NCBI RefSeq assembly: GCF_009914755.1
Contig: NC_060934.1
DNA length: 64,000 nucleotides
Strand: one strand, 5' to 3'
From: the human T2T-CHM13v2.0 reference genome, Homo sapiens
Shown: positions 56,610-64,000 of the stretch, one piece after another
Position numbering within the stretch: position 1 is the first letter of the stretch
Layout of the letters: every line of letters begins with the position of its first letter
Notes under the pieces: model-generated
Told to the model about the DNA's origin: nothing
What the model saw: only the letters and a program-made list of their open reading frames with translations
The model's database searches: none
Program-made: the position numbers and the translations under genes

Positions 56610-56980
56610 ATTATAGGAGATTACAATAGAATCCTTCTGATTCATATATTGAAGCCCTAACCCCCAGTGTGGTCATATTTGGAGATGGCACCTCTAAGGG
56701 AGTAATTAAAATAAAAGCATAAGGGTAGGGCCCTGATCTGATAGCATTTGTTTCCTTGTAAGAAAAGACACCAAGAGCTCCAAATTTCTGTCTCACTTGC
56801 TCAGCACACACACACACATTGAGGAAATGTTCTATGAGCACCCAGTAAGAAGGCAGCAGTCTGCAAGCCAGAAAATGAGTCCTCACCAGAAACCTTGATC
56901 TTAGACCTCCAGACTCCAGAACTGTGAGAAAATAAACATCTGTTGTTCAAGCTCCCCAACCTGTGGTAGGCAGCACTAAC
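56610..56980 (+). mobile_element. MLT1A-type MaLR LTR
   Basis: ttcatatattgaagccctaacccccagtgtg…cagactccagaactgtgagaaaataaa. Confidence 0.7.
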
Positions 56981-57389
56981 ATCTCTCAGCAGGGGCCACC
57001 TTTGCACAGGGACCCCCTGAGGACTGTGGCCCCAGGGCTGAGAAGCTGGTTGGTGAGTGAGCGCCTACTCTGCCTCTGCTCACTCTGCTTCAGCTGCACA
57101 AGGGCCCTGCTGCTCCCCCATCTGCCACCCCAGCCTCAGGACTTTGCCTGGCTCTCCCCTCCCCCTGGAGCTCCCAGGTCTCTATTCTGTTTCTGCTTGC
57201 TTCCCCAACTCAGCTCCTCGGCTTTCTTTCCCTTAGAGTACTAGTCTCTATGTTGCATTATATCATGAACTCACTTGCCTGCTGTCTGCCTCTCCCACTA
57301 GAATCTAAGCTCATAAGCAAGGTTGTCTGTCTGGTTTATCTCTGTGTCTACAACAAAGCCTAGCACATAGCGGACACTTAATAGCAATC

Positions 57390-57740
57390 TTGGTTTTTTT
57401 CAGACTGCTATAATAAAATACCAGAAACTGGGCAGCTTATAAATAACAAGTTTATTTCTCACAGTTCTAGAAACTAGGAAGCCCAAGATCAAGCTGCCCG
57501 CAGATTCAGTGTCTGGGGAGGGTCTGCTTTCTGGGTGAGAGATGGCACCTTCTCTCTGTGTCCTCACATAGTGGAAGGAGCAAGCAAGCTCTTTGATCAG
57601 GGCATTAATGCCATTCATGAGGGCTCCACCCTCATGACCTAATCACCTCCCAAAGGCCCCACCTGTACATGCCATCACCTTGGGGGTTAGGCTTTCAACA
57701 TTTGAATTTTAGGGCTACAGAAACATGCAGATAATAGCAA
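57390..57740 (-). mobile_element. MLT1A/MSTD-type MaLR LTR
   Basis: gactgctataataaaatacc…tttatttctcacagttct…ctcatgacctaatcacctcccaaaggcccc. Confidence 0.75.
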
Positions 57741-57799
57741 TAGCTAATTGCTGAATTCAGCTTATGTACTTGATGTATTAAAGGAAAATTGAGCCATTA

Positions 57800-58100
57800 T
57801 GTTTTTTTGTTTTTTGTTTTTGTTTTTGAGACAGAGCCTCACTCTGTTGCCCAGGCTGGAGTGCAGTGGCATGATCTCAGCTCACTGCAACTGCTGCCTC
57901 CTGGGTCCAAGCGAGTCTCATGACTCAGTCACTGGGACTACAGGCGTGCATCACCATGCCCAGCTAATTTTTGTATTTTTAGTAGAGACAGGGTTTTGTC
58001 ATGTTGACTAGGCTGGTCTTAAATTCCTGGCCTCAAGTGATCCACCCACCTCAGCCTCCCAAAGTGCTGGGATTACAGGTGTGAGCCACCGCGCCCAGCC
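57800..58100 (-). mobile_element. Alu
   Basis: T-rich tail plus a dimeric Alu with a small deletion. Confidence 0.9.
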
Positions 58101-58809
58101 GTTGTTTTTATGATTATATAAGAAATGTATGCTCATAAAAAATCAGATAACACATCAACTTACAAAGAAGGAAATAATTCTGACTCCAGTCTCTTCTATT
58201 CTCTCTACCATCTCACACATATCAAAGCACTTGTTAAAATATTTATGGTCTTCCTTCTCTTAGATCTTTTTCTAATACTAAAATACTTAATATATACTGG
58301 GGCCCCTTGCTCCTCAGAGATCCAGATGCGGTTGGTAAGACTGCCAATTCATAGCCCACCACAGTCCCCAGTTCCTGCTGGTTCCTAGGGGCCTCCTCTG
58401 CTCCCTGGTCCGCTCAGCTGTGGACCCTGCACCCCATGTGCTGTGTCTGTTTCTCCCCCTAATTCCCCATGCATAGAACTCAGCTGTCTTGCCACTGTCC
58501 ATAGGAAATCCTCTCAGGCATTTTGACTTTCCTGAATACATGGGAGTCCCACTGCCAATGTTGTGGTCACTCCTCCCTGACTCCTAGACTGCTCTGGCAG
58601 CTCCAAGCCAGCCCACCCCGCATCAGGCAAGGAGAGGTGATGCTTCCAGCTTCACCCTCAACCTGGAGCTCCCTCCAGGGATCAGCAGAACAAAGCAGGC
58701 TCCATCTGACCAGAGTCACCCTTCTGAAAACACAGTTGTTATAAAAAGCAACAATGACAACAAATCTGTTACACATATATATACCTTTTTACCCAAACAA
58801 GATCATACT

Positions 58810-59210
58810 CTGTTATGGACCAAACTGTCCTTTCCCCCTTCCCTTTCAAATTCATATGTTGAAGCTGTAACCCCCAATGTGACTGTATTTGAAGATAGAA
58901 CCTTTACGGAGGTAATTAGGAAGACAATTCAGGTTAAATGAGGTCATAAGATCATTGAATAGAGCCCTAATCCTGTAAAATGGGTGCCTCTATAAGAAAA
59001 GAGACACCAGCAGTCTCACTTTGCACACATGGAAAAGGCCATGTGAACACAGAGCAAGAAGGTGGCTGTTTGCAAGGCAGAAAGAGAGCCCTCACCAGAA
59101 ACAACCCTTTGGCACCTTGATGTTGGACTTCCCAACCTCAGAACTATGAGGAAATAAACATCTGTTTAAGCCATCCAGTCTTGGGTACAGCAGCTGGAAC
59201 TCATCAACAC
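58810..59210 (+). mobile_element. MLT1A/B-type MaLR LTR
   Basis: tgttatggac…aaattcatatgttgaagc…ggcaccttgatgttggacttccca…aataaa. Confidence 0.75.
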
Positions 59211-59406
59211 ATACTCTACACACTATTTAATAAACTGCTTTTTCACCTAGTAGAATATGGTAGATATCTTTTTGGGTTCTTTCATATCAGTGCTACCTTG
59301 TTATTTTGAACAACTACATTCAGCTTATACTGAATATTTCTGAAATTGAGGCTTTTAATGTGTGTCCAAATCAATGTGTTCTGCCTTAGAACAGAAACTT
59401 CCTGAG

Positions 59407-59825
<419 letters not shown>

Positions 59826-61144
59826 CTAACCCTGGGATAAGACCCCTCTCTCACGCGCCTCCTTGCAGTGTGGTCAGGGGCTTCCTTCCCCTGAGCCCGT
59901 GCCCCCTCCCAGAAAAATGTAGCCTCTGAGACACAAGCAGGTCTGCAGCAAGACCGCTTCTCTCCCTCCCTCAACGTGCAGGTTGCTCTCGGAGTTGCTG
60001 CCATCGGAAGTTTTCTAGGCAGAGGTTAGTGCCTCATGAATGTAATTAGTGATAATGGCCCTGAGTCAGCCAGGAGGTCTGTTTTTCAGTCGGTTTTTCA
60101 AATTAGGACAGAGAAAACATTTTCACTGCCACCCAGGCTGGCTGGGTGCTGTCCACGCTGTGACCTTCCTCCCTGGCCCAGTCCTTTCAGAAATAGAAAA
60201 ATCCCACTTCCAGTTAGAGGACGAGAAAGGCACAGCTCCAATCACTAGAGCTGTTGACAAAAATCAGCCACATGCTGAGGCAGGTCTGCTGAGCTGTTCA
60301 GACCATGTGCTTTCACAGTCCTGGTGCTTGTACCTGGCCCTGGCTGGGTACAGGAAACCTACAGGGGTCTCTATAAAATGAGGGGGTTTTGGAGACAGGC
60401 GGGCAGGGCTGGTTGGAAAATCTTGAGACAGATCACCTGCTACCCTGCTGGGCAACCCTCTCCTGACCCCAGCAGAGTCCCTCATCCTTCTTGCAGCTGG
60501 CCCTAACCACTTTCCAACTGGAGATTGATGACCTGCCTCCGTTTCTTCCTCCCTGTAGTTCTTGGGGGTAGGCAGCTGGACCTCTTCTCCTCAGCTCTTC
60601 TTCCCTCCCCCAGTGATGCTTCCTCTAAGATCTCCCATTCCTCCCCATCCCAAAGACAATGACGATGACAAAGAATCACTTACAGAACAGTGGGGCTTCA
60701 TCAGACTGCATCCTTTCTGTGGACCATCTCACCAAATGCTCAGTTTATCTCTGAGTGGTAGGTCCTAATGCTATGCCTGTCCCACACATGAGAAAAGCGA
60801 GATGTCCCAGGGTAGGGATGGGGGAACATGACAGTACCTCCATTTCTTTGCCTACAGAACTGTCAGGGATGTGGGTTCTGCCTCGCAGGACCTTTGGAGA
60901 CTGAGCCTGGCCATTCCTGGTTCTTCAGATACTGCTGTCAGTGAATTGCCCAGCTAGGAAGTGGTGGAGGTGAACTTGGACCCCAGTGCACCTACTCCTG
61001 AGCACCATACTCGTGCCTCAACAGAAGGGTAGAGTGTCAAAGACCCCAAAGGGCAAAGGTGGAGGCATCCCACTGGAGTGGGAACGTGCAGGACCTGCAG
61101 CTGGACACTGCTCTGGTACCACCTGCATCTGATGTTTTGATTGG

Positions 61145-62216
61145 TATCAGGGAACCTGCCCCCGATAGTCACGTAGGTTCTTTTCTATTTTCCCTAAGCA
61201 TCGGCCGGGTTGAGAAATAAAGGGACAGAGTACAAAAGAGAGAAATTTTAAAGCTGGGCATCTGGGGGAGACATCACATGTCGGTGGGTTCAGTGATGCC
61301 CCCTGAGCCGTGAAACCAGCAAGTTTTTATTAGTGATTTTCAAAAGGGGAGGGAGTGTACGAATAGGGTGTGGGTCACAGAGATCACGTGCTTCACAAGG
61401 TAATAGAATATCACAAGGCAAATGGAGGCAGAGGGAGATCACAGGACCACAGGACCGGGGCAAAATTAAAATTGCTAATGAAGTTTCAGGCACCATTGTC
61501 ATTGATAACATCTTATCAGGAGACAGGGTTTGAGAGCAACCGGTCTGACCAAAATTTATTAGGTGGGAATTTCCTCGTCCTAATAAGCCTGGGAACGCTA
61601 TGGGAGACTGGGGCTTATTTCATCCCTACAGTTTCGACCATAGAAGACGGCCACACCCAAGGGGGCCATTTTAGAGGCCTACCCTCAGGGGCACATTCTC
61701 TTTCTCAGGGATGTTCCTTGCTGAGAAAAAGAATTCAGCGATATTTCTCCCATTTGCTTTTGAAATAAGAGAAATATGGCTCTGTTCCGTCTGGCTCAGT
61801 GGTGGTCAGAGTTTAAGGTTATCTCTCTTGTTCCCTGAACATTGCTGTTATCCTGTTCTTTTTTCAAGGTGCCAAGATTTCATGTTGTTCAAACACACAT
61901 GCTCTACAATTTGTGGAGTTAACGCAATCATCACAGGGTCCTGAGGTGACATACATCCTCCTCAGTTTACGAGATGACAGGATTAAGAGAGTAAAGACAG
62001 GCATAGGAAATCACAAGGGTATCGATTGCGGAAGTGATAAGTGTCCATGAAATCTTCACAATTTCTGTTTAGAGATTGCAGTAAAGACAGGTGTAAGAAA
62101 TCATAAAAGTATTCATTTGGGGAACTAATAAATGTCCATGAAATCTTCACAATCCACATTCTTCTGCCATGGCTTCAGCTGGTCCCTCCGTTCAGGGTCC
62201 CTGACTTCCCACAACA
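61145..62216 (-). mobile_element. MER11 solo LTR (HERV-K11/HML-8)
   Basis: Minus strand begins TGTTGTGGGAAGTCAGGGACCCTGAACGGAGGGACC; 1072 bp; 6-bp TSD GATTGG/CATTGG. Confidence 0.9.
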
Positions 62217-64000
62217 CATTGGGTCTAATGGTCATGGCAGGGAGGAGTCCCCACCCATACTGTAAACCCTCAGAGGGCACAGCAGCATCAGCTAGCTTTG
62301 TCTGGTATGGGTCTTTGTGCATCCCTTGAGGCCTCATGCCAAGACAAGAGTGCCCACCTGAAAGGTTCCCAGCCTCCCACAGCTGGGCTGGGATCATGCC
62401 TGCCCCTGCTCACCCCCGAGGCTGCTGGGAGCCCTCAGCTAAATCTCCTCAGCAGGAGCTCTCCAACCCTGCAGGCCTGAGTTCAGCCCCATACCCCAGC
62501 AGTTGCTCTACCCTCAAAATCCCCCACAGAAGGTTCCTGGTCATTTCCACTCCAATTTCCTTGGCTTTATTTAGCCCTTAACACCTGTCCTGTCCAGCCC
62601 GTTCCCCACTGGGAGACCAGAGGAAGGGAGGAAAGGTCATATGGGAAAGACACCTGGGGACACAGTCCATCCCTGAATCAGAAGACAGGGGGGCCAGGTT
62701 CAGGGCTTTCTTCCTCCACTGACTCACCTCTCAGGGTTCAATTGCCTCATCTGTGCAACGAACATGAAAGTCACCAGCCCGCCTAAAGGCAGAAGCTTAG
62801 GCAGATGAACTTCTGAAGGCATGTCCTACCCTCAAGCTCTATAATAGATAGGTCTAATAGGTCACAAGTAGCACTGGGGATCTACACGTGCTTGGGAAGG
62901 CTGCAGAGCTAATCCTCCTCCTGGTTTCTGGGGCAGTGTTTGAGTCTCACCAGTCAGTTACTGCAAATGGGCTCTGGGATAGGCATTTCATCCCCATACC
63001 CCTTCCCTTCTCTCCCTTCTCTTTCCCTCCCCACTGCAGGATACTTCCTGCCCCTGCTAAGTTGGCTTCCCCCAGGAAAAGGTAGGGACAGTCCAGCCTT
63101 ACAGGAGTGCATGCTTGTCCTCCAGGTGAGGGCTGAGTTGCTCATACCTGGTATTCTCAGCTGCTGCCTTCACTGCAGCTTTGATGATGTTGCTGCTACC
63201 TTGGTTCCAACACAATGGTCATTCATGGCCACAGGAGGATTGCCCCTTTCCAGAACAAGGTGGAAGATGACTGGCAGGCACAGGCATCTGTTCTCTGGCC
63301 TCTAAAGCCCTCAGTGAACCTAAGATTAAATAAGTAGCCTTTGTTGCCACTGCTAAGAGGAAGGGAGATGGGACCAGAGAAGCCTCAGAGGGAGACAGTC
63401 CATGGAACTAGGGTTGTAGGGGGAATTGAGGGTGCTGACTCCAAACTCCTCCAGGCACTGCCTTCAGTCTGGGCACCTTCTGGGCTGTCAGCTGGGCAAT
63501 CCCACCACCAGGAAGGTGAGCCTGGGGCATCAGGGGCTGCTGAGCCATGGGCTTGGGTCTGCCTGAGTTGGCACCACAGGGTCTACAGCATCTCTCTGGG
63601 CTGATGGCCTAGGCTGTGCAACCTCAGGGAACATGCTTAACTTCTCTGAGCCTCACGTTTCCCAAATGTCAAATGCACCATATGGATACAAAGATCTAGT
63701 TTTCAAACACTTTCAGCAGCAGATCCTCCAAATGTAAAAGAGGTGACGGCAGAGCCTGATGAATTTGGGAGGTTCTGGGACAGTTGGGGCCCCACCCAAA
63801 GACCTACCTATGTGGTCATGCTCCCCCTCAAGGGCTGGCCGGCTGAATTGAAATATCTTACATGTAAACTTTCACGTAAATATCTTACATGAAAAGTTAG
63901 CATAAACTCAAATTCTCAAATGAATTGCTGGCAATTGACTTTCTGCTAGTAAAGTTTCTTAAGCAAGCATGAATTTCCCTTTAAAAATCTAAATATTGTG

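Overview
Human (primate) genomic DNA at the PRLHR (GPR10, prolactin-releasing peptide receptor) locus. The only intact protein-coding gene is PRLHR on the minus strand: a 370-aa class A GPCR whose CDS lies in one exon (15271-16383) inside a CpG island, with an inferred short non-coding first exon and a long 3' UTR. The rest is repeat-rich intergenic DNA: about 18 Alus, MIR/L2/L1/MER5 fragments, several solo LTRs (LTR17/HERV-W, MER52, MER41, MLT2A, MER11, MST/MLT1), a deleted and 3'-truncated HERV-K(HML-3) provirus and a 24-bp VNTR. I found no convincing new multi-gene system. The best leads are: (1) a second near-consensus REST/RE1 site inside the PRLHR coding sequence, in addition to the promoter RE1; (2) a sense-oriented HERV-W LTR17 about 4 kb upstream; (3) a ~320-bp direct duplication of apparently unique DNA; (4) a perfect 84-bp microsatellite palindrome inside an MLT2A LTR; (5) an inverted local copy of an LTR 5' end. 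Repeat family names come from recalled consensus sequences and need RepeatMasker/Dfam confirmation.
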